From an uncultured Chloroflexia bacterium (GTDB lineage: Bacteria; Chloroflexota; Limnocylindria; Limnocylindrales; CSP1-4), in NCBI GenBank assembly GCA_963820735.1, contig CAWGBA010000004.1, forward strand, positions 131,579-195,578: DNA of 64,000 nt, in the 5' to 3' direction. This document shows, piece after piece, positions 8,997 through 19,918 of this stretch (position 1 is its first letter; each line of letters opens with the position of its first letter). The translations under genes and the position numbers were made by a program. Under the pieces are notes generated by a model that ran no database searches, was not told the DNA's origin, and saw only the letters and a program-made list of their open reading frames with translations.

Positions 8997-10328
8997 TCAG
9001 ACGCCGGGCACCGACCCTGGTCCAGGGTCGGCCGCCATCTCGGCTGACACGACTGACACGGCGGGAGTGGCTGTCGCCTCGGCTCGTGGGTCCGACGAGT
9101 CAGGCGCTGCACTGACTCGGCGCCACAACAGCACCCGCCCCAGCGCGACGGCACCGATCACGCTCGTGACGCCGGCGATCGCGAACACGACCGGTAGCGA
9201 GACGAAGGACGCGGCAATCCCCGCTGCAGTCGGGCCGATCACCGTCGCGAGTGAGTACGAGGTTGCCGTCAGCACGCCTTGGGCAGTCGCGGCAGTCCCT
9301 CGCGCAGTGTGCCCGGCAACGAACGCCACGCTGCCGACGGTGAGCAGGGCGAACGCGACACCGTGCAGCGCCATGGACGCGGTCACGAGCACGGGATCCT
9401 TGAGCGTGGCAACCAGGAATGCCCGCGCGACCAGGCTCAATGCGCCGATCAGGATGAGCCGCTCGATGCCGACGCGGCGGCTGAGGACCGGGAACAGCAG
9501 CATCAGCGGGACCTCGACACAGGCACCGACGGCCCAGGCGATCCCGATCAGCGTGGCCGGCGCACCGATCTGCTCGAGGTAGATCGAGAGGTAGCTGTTG
9601 ATCGCGTACGACGCGGCCCAGCTGATCAGCACCGCGAGAAGGAACGGCCCGAGCACCGGGTTGCGAACCACCGCACCGATGGCGTCCAGGCTGCGCAGTG
9701 GCGCGCCAACGTGCACCTGCCCACGCGGGCGAAGGGCAAGGCCGATTGCCGCCGTCACCAGCAGCGCCGGCACGAAGACGAGGAAGAGGCTGCCCGGCGA
9801 TGTGCGTTCGATCAGAACTCCCACCCCGATGCTGGCGACGATGAAGGACGCCGAGCCCCACATGCGAATGCGGCCGAATCGAGCGCGATCCTGACCGAAC
9901 GCCTCGACGGCGCGCGCATCGAGGATCGGGCCAATGCCCGACATGCCGAGCCCGAGCGCAACCACGAATACGATCAGCGCCGGCCACCCAACGAGCCACA
10001 CAAACGCGGCCGAGATACCGGCAATCAAGGCAGCGATCGGCAGAATCAGCCGCGAGCGCGGGAATCGGTCTGCCGCAGCACCCCACAGCGGCGACCCGAA
10101 CAGTCCGGCTCCCGCCATGAGCGCACCGAGCAGCGGGATCAGCCGGACATCGACTCCCAGCGAGTCGTAGTAGACGGGGAGGAACGGCGCAGAGGCGCCG
10201 ACGGCGACGAAGAGTGCGATGTAGGCCAGCCGGGCAGTCACGACCGTCCCGTGTGCCGCGGGGCCGGTGTCGACTCCCGCAAGGGTACGGTCAGCCGCTG
10301 CGGCGGCGCTCGTCATCTGTTGGACCAC
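8997..10328 (-). CDS. MFS transporter
   Basis: 443-aa, roughly 12-TM hydrophobic ORF with an MFS-type loop motif (GAAADRFPRSR). Confidence 0.7.
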   Translation of the reverse strand: MVQQMTSAAAAADRTLAGVDTGPAAHGTVVTARLAYIALFVAVGASAPFLPVYYDSLGVDVRLIPLLGALMAGAGLFGSPLWGAAADRFPRSRLILPIAALIAGISAAFVWLVGWPALIVFVVALGLGMSGIGPILDARAVEAFGQDRARFGRIRMWGSASFIVASIGVGVLIERTSPGSLFLVFVPALLVTAAIGLALRPRGQVHVGAPLRSLDAIGAVVRNPVLGPFLLAVLISWAASYAINSYLSIYLEQIGAPATLIGIAWAVGACVEVPLMLLFPVLSRRVGIERLILIGALSLVARAFLVATLKDPVLVTASMALHGVAFALLTVGSVAFVAGHTARGTAATAQGVLTATSYSLATVIGPTAAGIAASFVSLPVVFAIAGVTSVIGAVALGRVLLWRRVSAAPDSSDPRAEATATPAVSVVSAEMAADPGPGSVPGV

Positions 10329-10355
10329 GCTGGCGCCGAACGCGGCGCCGCGCGG

Positions 10356-11540
10356 TCAGTCGCCGACCCGCAGAACGACGATGCGCCGCTGCGGCTCCTC
10401 GCCGATCGACTGCGTTGCAACTCCGGGCACGCCCTTCAGCGCGAGGTGGATCCAGCGCCGCTCGAGCGCCGGCATCGGCTCCAGCTGGAGCATCGTGCCC
10501 GAGGCGATGACGCGCTCCGCTGCCCGGTGCGCGAGTTCGGTCAACTGCCGTTCGCGGCGGCCGCGGTAATCCTCGACGTCGACCAGCACGCGCGTCCACG
10601 TGCCCATCCGGCGGGAAAGCATCAGGTTGACGAGGTGCTGAAGGGCCGAGAGTCGCTCGCCCTTGCGGCCGATCAACGCGCCTAGGGCCTCGCGCTCCTC
10701 GTCGTCTGATCCGGTGACGTCGATCTTGGACGTCTCGCCCGAATGGACGCTCACGTTCGCGTGGTAGCCCATCAGCCCGATCAGCTGCTCGAGGATCTCC
10801 TTGCCGGCGTCGAGCGCTTCGGGCGACGCTTCGGCCGCCTGGATCTCCTCGCGCTCGGCTCCGAGCGACTGCCTGGCGGAATTGACCTCGGCCTGTTCGC
10901 GCTGGGAGAGACCGGAGCCGCGGCCGTCGTCGCGGCGTGCGCGGCCGCGATCGCGTCCGAAGCCTCGGTCGCGCCGGTCTCCACGGTCGGAGCGCGGCGG
11001 GGCTGAGCCTTCTGGCTGAGTGCCGGTCGTCACGACCGGGATGGACTCCTCCATCACCGGCTGCTCCATCACCGGCTGTGACGGCTGCGGTGCCTGCTGT
11101 ACCTGCTCGTACGACGGCTCGGGCCGATCCTGCTGGTCCGGACGCGGACCGGACGGCCCTCGGCCACGGTCGCCGCCCGGTCCTCGATCACCGCTCGGTC
11201 CTCGATCGCGGCCGCGATCAAATCCGCGCCCATAGCGATCGCGCCCGCGGTCGCCGCCGAAGCCCCGGTCCCGGTCACCGAAGCCGCGCTCCTCGCGAGG
11301 CGGCGGTGCCGGCAGCGGCACGGATGCGGCGGCATCACGGCGCGGGGCCGCCCCACCGAGCGCGGACCGCGGCGCAGCCACGATTCGTGCCGGCTCGGCG
11401 CCCATGCCCAGCACCCCACGGCTGCCGGGGGTGAGGATCTCGAAATCGAGGTCGTCGAGGCCGCCGACGCCAAAGGACTCTCGCGCGATGCGCAGCGCCT
11501 CCTCGACCGTCTTGCCTGTGAACTCCTGGTACTCGCTCAT
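10356..11540 (-). CDS. jag: Jag/KhpB-type RNA-binding protein (Jag_N, KH, R3H) with long RG/RD-rich insert
   Basis: N-terminus MSEYQEFTGKTVEEALRIA (Jag_N). C-terminus LIGRKGERLSALQHL (KH) and ERRWIHLAL..GEEPQRRIVV (R3H). Its 4-nt overlap places it directly downstream of yidC. Confidence 0.85.
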   Translation of the reverse strand: MSEYQEFTGKTVEEALRIARESFGVGGLDDLDFEILTPGSRGVLGMGAEPARIVAAPRSALGGAAPRRDAAASVPLPAPPPREERGFGDRDRGFGGDRGRDRYGRGFDRGRDRGPSGDRGPGGDRGRGPSGPRPDQQDRPEPSYEQVQQAPQPSQPVMEQPVMEESIPVVTTGTQPEGSAPPRSDRGDRRDRGFGRDRGRARRDDGRGSGLSQREQAEVNSARQSLGAEREEIQAAEASPEALDAGKEILEQLIGLMGYHANVSVHSGETSKIDVTGSDDEEREALGALIGRKGERLSALQHLVNLMLSRRMGTWTRVLVDVEDYRGRRERQLTELAHRAAERVIASGTMLQLEPMPALERRWIHLALKGVPGVATQSIGEEPQRRIVVLRVGD

Positions 11541-12919
11541 CGGCGTCTCCCTCGACGGCTCGTCCGTCCGCGCGAACGGGCCGGCTTGATGGTCCCAGCC
11601 GCGCTGTCAGCCGCACTCCGTTTCTGGGCGGAATTGGTTCCGCCGTCAGTTGAGGCAGCCGCTGGACGCGACGTGAGTGGCTTGACTGGGAATCGCGGCT
11701 GATGCCCCACGGCAAACGGCGGCGTGTACCCAAAGAGTGGGAAGAGGCCGCCAAAGCCCGCGATCAGGAACTGCTGCACGATCGAGAAGATCGTGGTGGT
11801 GATCCAGTAGATGAAGAGGCCTGCCGGCAGCAATGCGCCGTAGATCAGCGAGAAGAGCGGCAGGATGAGGAAGATGCGCTGCTGGCTGCGCGCCTGCGGG
11901 TCGTCCGTGGGCGGCTGCATCATCCGCGTCTGCACCAGCTGCAGGAGCGCCGAGACGATCGCCAGCGCACTGACGCCGAAGCCAACCACGTAGAACAGGA
12001 TCTCCGGCTTGTGCGCGTCGATGTTGAAGAGCCACGGGATGATCGGGTTGATGCACGGCGCGTACGGGTTGGTGGGGTCGTAGCAGGTGACCGTGATGAT
12101 CTGGTGCCCGAACACCGTCAGCATCGAGTCGATGTTCGGCGCCGACAGGCCCGATGAGAACACCTGGTACATCGGCAGCAGCAGGAGCAGTTGGAGCATT
12201 GACGGCAGGCAACCCGATGCCGGGTTGTAGCCCCGCTCCTTGTAGAGCTTCATCTGCTCTTCGCTGATCTTCTGTCGGTTGCCCTTGTACTTCGTGGAGA
12301 TCGCGCGCAGCTCCGGCTGGAGCATCTGCATCCGCCGCTGCGAGACGATCTGGGCCCGGAAGATCGGGATCAGCAGGAAGCGGATCAGCAGCGTGACCAG
12401 GATGATCGCGCCGCCGATGTCGTGGGTGATGTTGTAGAAGAAGGCCATCGTCATGAAGATGGACTGGAAGAGCGGCGTGAAGATCCACGCGATCGTGCTC
12501 AGCGGATCGCTGCCGGGCACAGCCGGGCAGAGGTTCTTGGGCAGTGGGCTCGGGGGAGGACCGGCCGTTTGACCGGGTGCCGGCGACGGAGACGCCGTCG
12601 GGACGACGTTTGGGCAAGGCGCCGTGCCGGCCGGCGTGGGTGAGGCTCCCGGCGTGGCCGAGGCCGCAGCCGACGCAGGCAGGGCCGAGGCGTCCGAGGA
12701 CGCAGGAGCAGCCGACGGCTCCGACGAGGCCACCGGCGCGGCCGAGGCGCTCGGGACTGCGACCGAGGCTGGTGCGACCGAGGCGCTCGGCGCTGCGACC
12801 GAGGCACCGGGGCTCTGCGCAGCTGCGGAGAACGAGAAGAACGTGAGCGCGAGCAGCCCCAGGAACGCGGCGGCCAGCGTCAGGCGGACTCGCCGCCGGG
12901 GCTCAGACAACCGGGTCAT
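11537..12919 (-). CDS. yidC: Membrane protein insertase YidC
   Basis: Conserved core PIFRAQIVSQRRMQMLQPEL..YKERGYNPASGCLP.LLQLP. Start taken at MTRLSEP (12919), which overlaps the yidD stop. Synteny rpmH-rnpA-yidD-yidC-jag. Confidence 0.85.
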   Translation of the reverse strand: MTRLSEPRRRVRLTLAAAFLGLLALTFFSFSAAAQSPGASVAAPSASVAPASVAVPSASAAPVASSEPSAAPASSDASALPASAAASATPGASPTPAGTAPCPNVVPTASPSPAPGQTAGPPPSPLPKNLCPAVPGSDPLSTIAWIFTPLFQSIFMTMAFFYNITHDIGGAIILVTLLIRFLLIPIFRAQIVSQRRMQMLQPELRAISTKYKGNRQKISEEQMKLYKERGYNPASGCLPSMLQLLLLLPMYQVFSSGLSAPNIDSMLTVFGHQIITVTCYDPTNPYAPCINPIIPWLFNIDAHKPEILFYVVGFGVSALAIVSALLQLVQTRMMQPPTDDPQARSQQRIFLILPLFSLIYGALLPAGLFIYWITTTIFSIVQQFLIAGFGGLFPLFGYTPPFAVGHQPRFPVKPLTSRPAAASTDGGTNSAQKRSAADSAAGTIKPARSRGRTSRRGRRR

Positions 12920-13109
12920 AGCCGCCGGGATTGCCGGGATGACAGCGAGCGACGCGTTTCGCGCCAAGCCACGAGCCGCGCAGCAGGCCGTATCGGTCGA
13001 TGGCCTGTTCCGTGTAGCGCGAGCAGGACGGCTCGAACCGGCATGGCGACGGCAGCCAGAAGAACGCAACGCGATACACGTGGATCAGGAAGATGCCGAC
13101 TCGTTTCAA
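12903..13109 (-). CDS. yidD: Membrane protein insertion efficiency factor YidD
   Basis: 68 aa with the diagnostic CRFEPSCSRY...GSWLGAKRVARCHP. Confidence 0.9.
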   Translation of the reverse strand: MKRVGIFLIHVYRVAFFWLPSPCRFEPSCSRYTEQAIDRYGLLRGSWLGAKRVARCHPGNPGGYDPVV

Positions 13110-13462
13110 GCCTGCCTGGTTCCTTCCCCGGCCCCGATCTGGCCGATGCTCCTGCGGAGCGAGTCCTTGATCTGCTGGTAGGTTGCGTCGGCGGACGCCG
13201 GTCGGGCGACCACCAGGAAGTCGAAGCCTGGTCCGGGCCGTTCGTCCAACCGCCGAAGCGCCTCTCTGATTCGCCGTCTCGTACGGTTGCGGATCACCGC
13301 GTTTCCGAGTCGCTTGCCCGTCGAGATGCCGAAGCGATCACGCTCGAGCTCGTTGCGCCGATAGCGGACGACGAGGATCCGGTCGGTGCGGCTGCGGGCG
13401 TCCTTTTGGAGCGCCGCAAAGTCCGACCGCGAGCGCAACATCTCGACCGCCGAGGCGGGCAT
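13106..13462 (-). CDS. rnpA: Ribonuclease P protein component
   Basis: 118 aa with RLGNAVIRNRTRRRIREA (RNR motif). Lies between rpmH and yidD. Confidence 0.9.
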   Translation of the reverse strand: MPASAVEMLRSRSDFAALQKDARSRTDRILVVRYRRNELERDRFGISTGKRLGNAVIRNRTRRRIREALRRLDERPGPGFDFLVVARPASADATYQQIKDSLRRSIGQIGAGEGTRQA

Positions 13463-13481
13463 CAGAACTGCCCGGCCGCGG

Positions 13482-13619
13482 TCAGACGGTCAGCTTCTTC
13501 CGCCCCTTTGCGCGGCGTGCCGCGAGCACGCGGCGGCCGCCCTGGGACTTCATGCGGGCTCGGAAGCCGTGCTCCTTGGCGCGATGGCGCTTCTTGGGCT
13601 GGTAGGTCTGCTTGGTCAT
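13482..13619 (-). CDS. rpmH: 50S ribosomal protein L34
   Basis: [45 protein letters not shown], the last 45 codons of ORF 13482..13811. Confidence 0.95.
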   Translation of the reverse strand: MTKQTYQPKKRHRAKEHGFRARMKSQGGRRVLAARRAKGRKKLTV

Positions 13620-13842
13620 CGTGAGCGCTCTCGGGCGTCCTCCGGACGAGCATTCGGGCGGTCGGAAGCCGGCTCGTCCCCACGGCGACCGAGATTGAGA
13701 CAAGAACCGCGCCGTGCTGCCGCGACCCTTGGGCCGATGCGCGAGTCTACGGCGTGGCGCGGCCACGTGCGGAGGATCATAGCGTACCGTCCGAGTACCG
13801 AGACACGGCACTGCCTCGGGATGCCGGAAGCAGGAGGACCGG

Positions 13843-14208
13843 GTGGCCGATTCGGATCAGGCGAAGCCCGCTGGCAGCGCCACCATCGAGGACTTCGACC
13901 GGCTCGACATCCGCGTGGGACGCATCACCGCCGCAGAGCCGTTCCCGGAAGCGCGGAAGCCCGCCTACCGGCTCACGCTCGACTTCGGGCCGCTCGGCAC
14001 GCGTCAATCGTCGGCGCAACTGCCGGGGACCTACCCCGACCCTGCTGCCCTGGTCGGCAGGCTGGCCATCGCGGTGATCAACTTCCCGCCACGCCGCGTG
14101 GCCGGGTTTCGCAGCGAGGTGCTGGTACTCGGCGCGCTTCCGGCCGATGGCCGGATTCCGCTGCTCTGCGTCGACGACGGAGCCCGGCCGGGCGACCCGA
14201 TCGGATGA
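13843..14208 (+). CDS. tRNA-binding domain protein (CsaA/EMAP-like)
   Basis: [30 protein letters not shown]...[19 protein letters not shown] is typical of the CsaA/YgjH OB-fold family. Confidence 0.8.
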   Translation: MADSDQAKPAGSATIEDFDRLDIRVGRITAAEPFPEARKPAYRLTLDFGPLGTRQSSAQLPGTYPDPAALVGRLAIAVINFPPRRVAGFRSEVLVLGALPADGRIPLLCVDDGARPGDPIG

Positions 14209-14543
14209 GCGTGGAAAGCGCGAATTATTTGATCGGTCGCCACTGAGGCGGCGGCGAACGCGGCTCACCTTCCGACCGGCGGCCGCCGTACGGCCTCCCC
14301 ACGGCGAAATCTGCATACTCCCCAGGGGTATGTCGGAATCCCGTTGCGGGTCCCGGGAAGGCGCGCTACCGTATCCGCCCCGGCGCCCGACATCGGCGTC
14401 GAGAAGCCTCCGCGGGAGCCCACCGGACCGGCCAGAACTGGCCCGGACCGGCCCCGTCTAGCGAGCGGAGGACGTGTTCCTGGCGCCCCTGCGAGCGGGG
14501 CCGTTCGAGGTTGTTTTCGGCTGCGTAGCCGCTATGTGGGGCG

Positions 14544-15995
14544 ATGCCATCGATGGATCCGAAGCAGGTCTGGCGCGCCACCCTTGGCGAGTTGCAGGTG
14601 TCGTTATCGCCTGCCAACTACGAGACCTGGCTGAAGGACACTGCCCTCATATCGGTCGATGACACGCGTTTCCGGGTCGCCGTGCCCAATGGTTTCGCCA
14701 AGGACTGGCTCGAGACTCGCTATCGGTCGCTGATCTCCCAGACGCTGGCCCGGGTCGTTGGCTACAGCGTGAACGTCGAGTTCGAGGTCCGCGACATCCC
14801 GCCGGCCGACGCGCCGTCCTCCGGTGCCGGCGATCGTGGCGAGCGCGTTGGCAGCCAACCGCCGGTGCTCGGCGTCGTCGACGCCTCCGGCAACGTCTCC
14901 CCGCGATCCAATGGCCAGAGCGAACGGGTTCGCCTCGAGCCTGGTCGGGTCGGCGGACCGGAAGGCTCCAGTGTCAGCCTCAACCCGCGCTATACCTTCC
15001 GCAGCTTCATCGTCGGGTCGGCCAACCGCCTGGCACATGCTGCCTCGCTGTCCGTTGCCGAGCGCCCGGGCCATGCCTACAACCCGCTCTTCCTCTACGG
15101 CGGGGTTGGGCTCGGCAAGACGCATTTGATGCACGCCATCGGCAACGCGGTCCTCGCCCGCTTCCCGCGCAAGCGTGTCGTGTACGCGACCAGTGAGAAA
15201 TTTACCAACGAGTTCATCACCTCGATCCAGCAGGGGCGGGTGGACGACTTCCGCGCCCGCTACCGGCGCATCGACCTGCTGCTCATCGACGATATCCAGT
15301 TCATCGCCGACAAGGAGCGCACCCAGGAGGAGTTCTTCCACACCTTCAACGCGATCCACGAGGACGGCAAGCAGATCGTCCTGTCGTCCGACCGGCCGCC
15401 CAAGCTCATCACGACGCTGGAAGAGCGGCTGCGTTCGCGATTCGAGTGGGGCCTCATCGCCGACCTCACGGCGCCAGACCTGGAGACTCGCATCGCGATC
15501 CTGCGTGCCAAGGCCGAAGAGCAGGGCATCCCCATGCAGCCCGAGGCGCTCGAGTTCATCGCCCGTAAGGTCGTGTCGAACATCCGCGAGCTCGAGGGCG
15601 CGCTCAACCGGATCAGCGCCTACGCCAGCATGCAGGGTCTGCCGATCACGACCGAACTTGCCTCCGCGGTGCTCTCGAACGTGCTCTACAACCCCAAGAA
15701 GCGTGCCGTCACGCTCGATCGGATCGCCCAGGCTGTCGGCGATTACTACGGCGTCGACATGGACACGCTCCGTTCGCAGAAACGCGACCGGGCGATCGTC
15801 GTGCCGCGGCAGATCGCCATGTACCTGATGCGTGCAGAGACCGACGTCTCGCTGCTGCGCATCGGTGCCGAGCTCGGCGGCCGCGACCACTCCACCGTGC
15901 TGCACGCATGCGAGAAGATCGACCGCGAGGCGCACGACAACGAGGAGTTCCGCCGGGAGCTCGCCGCCGTCCGGGAGCTGATCTACACCGACTGA
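14544..15995 (+). CDS. dnaA: Chromosomal replication initiator DnaA
   Basis: Walker [11 protein letters not shown], Walker [10 protein letters not shown], sensor/box VII region, and C-terminal DNA-binding [11 protein letters not shown]. An alternative ATG lies at 14553. Confidence 0.95.
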   Translation: MPSMDPKQVWRATLGELQVSLSPANYETWLKDTALISVDDTRFRVAVPNGFAKDWLETRYRSLISQTLARVVGYSVNVEFEVRDIPPADAPSSGAGDRGERVGSQPPVLGVVDASGNVSPRSNGQSERVRLEPGRVGGPEGSSVSLNPRYTFRSFIVGSANRLAHAASLSVAERPGHAYNPLFLYGGVGLGKTHLMHAIGNAVLARFPRKRVVYATSEKFTNEFITSIQQGRVDDFRARYRRIDLLLIDDIQFIADKERTQEEFFHTFNAIHEDGKQIVLSSDRPPKLITTLEERLRSRFEWGLIADLTAPDLETRIAILRAKAEEQGIPMQPEALEFIARKVVSNIRELEGALNRISAYASMQGLPITTELASAVLSNVLYNPKKRAVTLDRIAQAVGDYYGVDMDTLRSQKRDRAIVVPRQIAMYLMRAETDVSLLRIGAELGGRDHSTVLHACEKIDREAHDNEEFRRELAAVRELIYTD

Positions 15996-16259
15996 GCCGC
16001 GGTTCACGGCGGCCGAGTGGTTGCCATCCTCCCAGGTGTCATCGAGGCTCCATTGATGGCAGATGCGCGCCCAGGGCACGTTAAGCGTGGTTGGGCGATG
16101 CGAGAGCCCGCGCGCGGCGACGGATTTATCCCGAGCCACGCTCGTGACGGTACGAATCCGGAGTGAGCCAGCCCATTCGAGCGCCATGGACGTGGCTTTA
16201 CGTGCCCGTCACGCGCGGATGACCACAACACCGCCTGCCGCCGTTGCAGGTATGGCGAA

Positions 16260-17236
16260 TTGCTCGTCTCATCCGGCGTGAAGCAGCGACGGGGGCTGGT
16301 CACAATTCCTGCTGCGATGCTCGTCGCCGGCTGCTCGCTCATCGCCCCGTTCGTTCAAACGGCGCAGCCTGCCTCGGACACAGTGCCCTGGGTCGCGGCG
16401 ACCGTGATCCCCGAAGTCTCGCCCGCGCGCGCGTCGTTACCGAACAACACCCAGCCCTGCGACGTCTCTCAACTGGGCATCACGGTCGTCACCGGCGCCG
16501 GTGGTGGAACGGTCGAGGGACGGCTCACGCTGACCCTGCCGCAGGACGATCCGTGCACTCTCGCTGGACCGCCACGAACGATCGGCATTCGACTCGAGGA
16601 CGGTGGCCGGGATGTTCCGGTCGAGTACGCCACCCGCTCTCGACCCGGTCCTGGAGACAAGGCGGTCCACCCAAATCCACCGGTGTTGATCGATCTCGCT
16701 TCGCCTGCCGAGGAGCTCTTCATCTGGTCGAACTGGTGCGGCGATCCGGACGCCAAGATCCGGTTCGTCGTTCAAACAACTTCCGGACCCGGCGCGACAA
16801 CCGGCCTCTCGAATGCCACCTACGGCGCGCCGCGGTGCGACCAACCCGGGCTTCCAACGAGGATCACCGGCTACGCGTTCCGGGACTCATCGCGGCAGCC
16901 AGCAATCGATGTCGCGGTCGATGCTCCGCCGACCGCCGTGGCCGGCGAGTTTCTCGACTACACGGTCACACTCACGGACACCGACTCCATTCCTTTGGCC
17001 TTCGATCCGTGTCCCGAATACGCCGAAGTGTTGCTGCAGCCAAGCACCCTAAAACGCATTCAGAGCGATGGCTGCTCAATTGCGCCGACCTGTCCGCGAA
17101 GCTCTGGCCCGGCGAAAGCACGAAACTGGCGATGCGGATCGACGTTCCTGTCGACGCGCCGCTGGGCTCCTACGAGCTCAGCTGGGAATTTGCCGGCGGG
17201 AGGGCGGAGGCAATGGTCGAGGTGGTCTCTGGCTGA
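16260..17236 (+). CDS. Putative lipoprotein of unknown function (apparent frameshift near 17045-17065)
   Basis: Lipobox LVAGC follows a signal peptide. Two similar Cys-containing beta-rich segments. The C-terminal part (SERWLLNCADLSAKLWPGESTKLAMRIDVPVDAPLGSYELSWEF) continues in the frame of ORF 16244..17236. Confidence 0.5.
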
Positions 17237-17239
17237 GTT

Positions 17240-17625
17240 ACCCAATTCGGTCGCGCACTGGTGGATGGCGGTTGACCGTTGGTGGAACAAGCCGCCGTCT
17301 GAGCACAGGCTCGATTCACCCAATATGTGGATGACCGGCGAGCCCGGGCGGGGGGTCGGTGGACGAACGATTCGGGCTGTCTACACGGCCACCACCCGGA
17401 ATGCCCGCGGATCAACCGCTGCACGGCAGTCGTCAACCGTCGAATCGACTCGAGTCCGCGCTCGGCCACGCTTGGCTGAGACGGAGTTCTCCCCCGTTTC
17501 CACACCCTGATGATGATGATGAGAGAAGAATCTCTGAGAAGATACGATCCTCGAAGAGGAGCCCCGCCGGGCTGGCTCGCGGGCCCGCCGCCTACCCCGG
17601 AACACCGTCAGGGAGCCCAACGGAC
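17240..17625. promoter_or_regulatory. Candidate oriC segment (DnaA-box-like motifs plus AT-rich unwinding element) upstream of dnaN
   Basis: TCCAC-core 9-mers: TGGTGGATG 17259-17267, TTGGTGGAA 17279-17287, TGTGGATGA 17326-17334 (rc TCATCCACA, one mismatch to TTATCCACA), CGGTGGACG 17357-17365, and GTTTCCACA 17496-17504. The last is followed directly by an unusually AT-rich stretch, 17508-17560 (TGATGATGATGATGAGAGAAGAATCTCTGAGAAGATACGATCC). Confidence 0.45.
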
Positions 17626-18745
17626 GTGAAGCTTTCCGTCATGCAGGAGAACCTCGCCCGAGGGCTCTCCGTGGTCAGCCGCGCGGTCACCAGTCGCAGC
17701 ACGCTGCCGGTCCTGGCCAATGTCCTCCTCCGAACCGAGGACGCCGGCCTGAAGCTGACTGCCACGAACCTGGAGATCGGCATCACCTCGTGGGTGCCAG
17801 GCAAGATCGACGAGGAAGGCGCGCTGACGATCCCGGCGCGGCTGCTCAACGACGTCGTCGCCGGCCTGCCTCCCGGCGAGCGCGTGGAGCTCAACGTCGA
17901 AAACGGCACGACCCTTCACGTCCGGGCCGGCCGCTACCAGACGCGTCTGCGCGGCATTGACGCCGAGGAATTCCCGGTCATCCCGTCGGCCGGCGATCGC
18001 CCAACGACCCGCCTCGAGCAGCGTGTCCTGCGTCGCGCCCTCAACGAGGTCGCCTTTGCCGCCGCAACCGACGAGGCCCGGCCGATCCTCACCGGCGTGT
18101 TGACCAAGATCAGCGGCGACAAGCTGACGCTCGCAGCTGCGGACAACTACCGCATCGCGGTCAAGACGCTCAAGGTGCTCTCGCCGACCGAGGAGACGAC
18201 CTTCGTCGTGCCGGCACGCTCCTACCAGGAGCTGATGCGCATCCTGTCGGACACGGACGATCCGGTGAACGTGATGTTGGCCACGGCCAAGAGCCAGGTG
18301 ATCTTCAGTGTCGAGGGCACCGAACTGGTCAGCCGGCTGATCGATGGGCAGTTCCCCAACTACCAGCAGGTGCTCCCGACCAGCCACGCCAGCCGAGCGG
18401 TCGTCGAGCGCGACGACCTGCTCAAGGCCGTCCGGCTCTCGGCGCTGATCGCCAGCACGGCGGCCAACGTGGTCCGGCTCAAGGTTGGCGAGGACGGGAG
18501 CGGCGTCCATCACCATCGCCGCCAACTCGGATTCCGGTGACGCCGAGGGTGAGGTCGAGGCCTCGCTCGAAGGCGACGCCGTCACCATCGCCTTCAACGC
18601 GCGCTACCTGACCGAGGCACTGGCGAACCTGGGCTCAGATCAGCTTGCGCTGGAGTTCAGCGGTCCGTTGTCGCCGGGTGTCCTGCGGCCGACCGAGAAC
18701 GACGAGTACGTCCACGTGATCATGCCCGTGCGTACGCCCTCCTGA
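17626..18745 (+). CDS. dnaN: DNA polymerase III beta sliding clamp (apparent frameshift near 18495-18505)
   Basis: GTG 17626 follows a GGGAG RBS. MKLSVMQENLARGLSVVSRAV..TLPVLANVLL is typical DnaN. The C-terminus (SITIAANSDSGDAEGEVEA..AFNARYLTEAL..PVR) lies in ORF 18485..18745, a different frame. Confidence 0.9.
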
Positions 18746-19908
18746 GCCGGCCGGAGACGAACGCAAACCCGACTCTCGCCGGCACGCGCGTCGCACACCT
18801 CTCGCTGCGCGACTTCCGCAGCTACGCCGAGCTGGAGGTCGATTTCGGCGACGGGCCACAGCTGGTGGTCGGCCGCAATGCCTCTGGCAAGACCAACCTG
18901 GTCGAGGCCATCACGCTCCTCTCGCAGGGCCGCTCTCACCGGACCAGTACCGACACGGAGATGGTCGGCTGGGGCGCCGAGCTTTGCGCGAGTCGAAGGC
19001 GTCCTCGATGAGCCGACTGGGCAAACGCTCGAGGTCGTGCTGGCCGCACCCGGCAGCAACGCTGGTGGGGCTCGCAAGCGGGTGCGCGTGAACGGCGTAC
19101 CGCGGCGCGCTGCGGCGCTCTCCGTATCGTTGCCGAGCGTCCTGTTCGCGCCCGAGGACATGCTGCTCGTGGTCGGATCGCCTGGACTCCGTCGAGCGCT
19201 GCTCGACGAGCTGATCGTGCAGGGCAGCGTGACCGCGGCGGCGAGCCTCGCGACCTACACGCGCGCGCTGGCACAGCGCAACTCGCTCCTGCGCCGGATC
19301 CGCGAGGAAGAGGCGTCACGCGACGAGCTGCCCTACTGGGACGACCTCATCGTGCGTGAGGGCGGCCGGATCGTGACGCTCGCGGCTCGAGGCGCTCGAC
19401 GGCTCTGCGCCGTCCCCTGGCCGACGCCCATCGCGAGATCGCCGACGAGGAGGGCGTGCTCGCGCTCCGGTACGTCACCAATGCCCCGACGCAGGCAGGG
19501 GAGACGCCGACCGACGCGCTCCGGCGGCGGCTCGGCGAGACGGTCGAAAAGGAGCTCTGGAACGGCGCCACGTTGGTTGGCCCACACCGTGATGACGTGT
19601 CGTTCGAGCTCGACGGCCGAGATCTCTCGACATTCGCGTCGCGTGGCCAGCAGCGCACCGCCATCCTGGCGCTCAAGCTCGCGCAGGTGGAGGTGGTCGC
19701 CAAGACTGCTGACCGGCAGCCACTGCTGCTGCTCGACGACGTTTTCTCCGAGCTCGACCCGATCCGCCGTTCCCATCTCGTCCGGCGCATCGCGCAGCTG
19801 CCCCAGGCGTTCATCACGACCACGACGCCCGATGACCTGGATCCCGCGCTCGTCGCCGCATCGACCGCCTGGCGCGTCGAGTCCGGGCAGCTTCGGCGGA
19901 CCGCGTGA
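18742..19908 (+). CDS. recF: DNA replication/repair protein RecF (at least two frameshifts; no canonical start codon in frame)
   Basis: The N-terminal segment (HLSLRDFRSY..VVGRNASGKTNLVEAI, Walker A) is in frame 1. The middle (FARVEGVLDE..LFAPEDMLLV) is in frame 2. The C-terminus (GPHRDDV..SRGQQRTAILALKLA..LLLDDVFSELD) is in ORF 19456..19908. The only in-frame start-like codon upstream is CTG 18742. Confidence 0.85.
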
Positions 19909-19918
19909 GCGAAGCGAC

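Noticed and set aside
14209-14543. oriC in the region upstream of dnaA
   Set aside because: Only weak DnaA-box-like matches (for example TATGTGGGG) and no AT-rich element. The dnaN-proximal segment is a better candidate.
14604-16187. 527-aa minus-strand ORF across dnaA
   Set aside because: Antisense to an unambiguous dnaA. Composition is typical of shadow ORFs.
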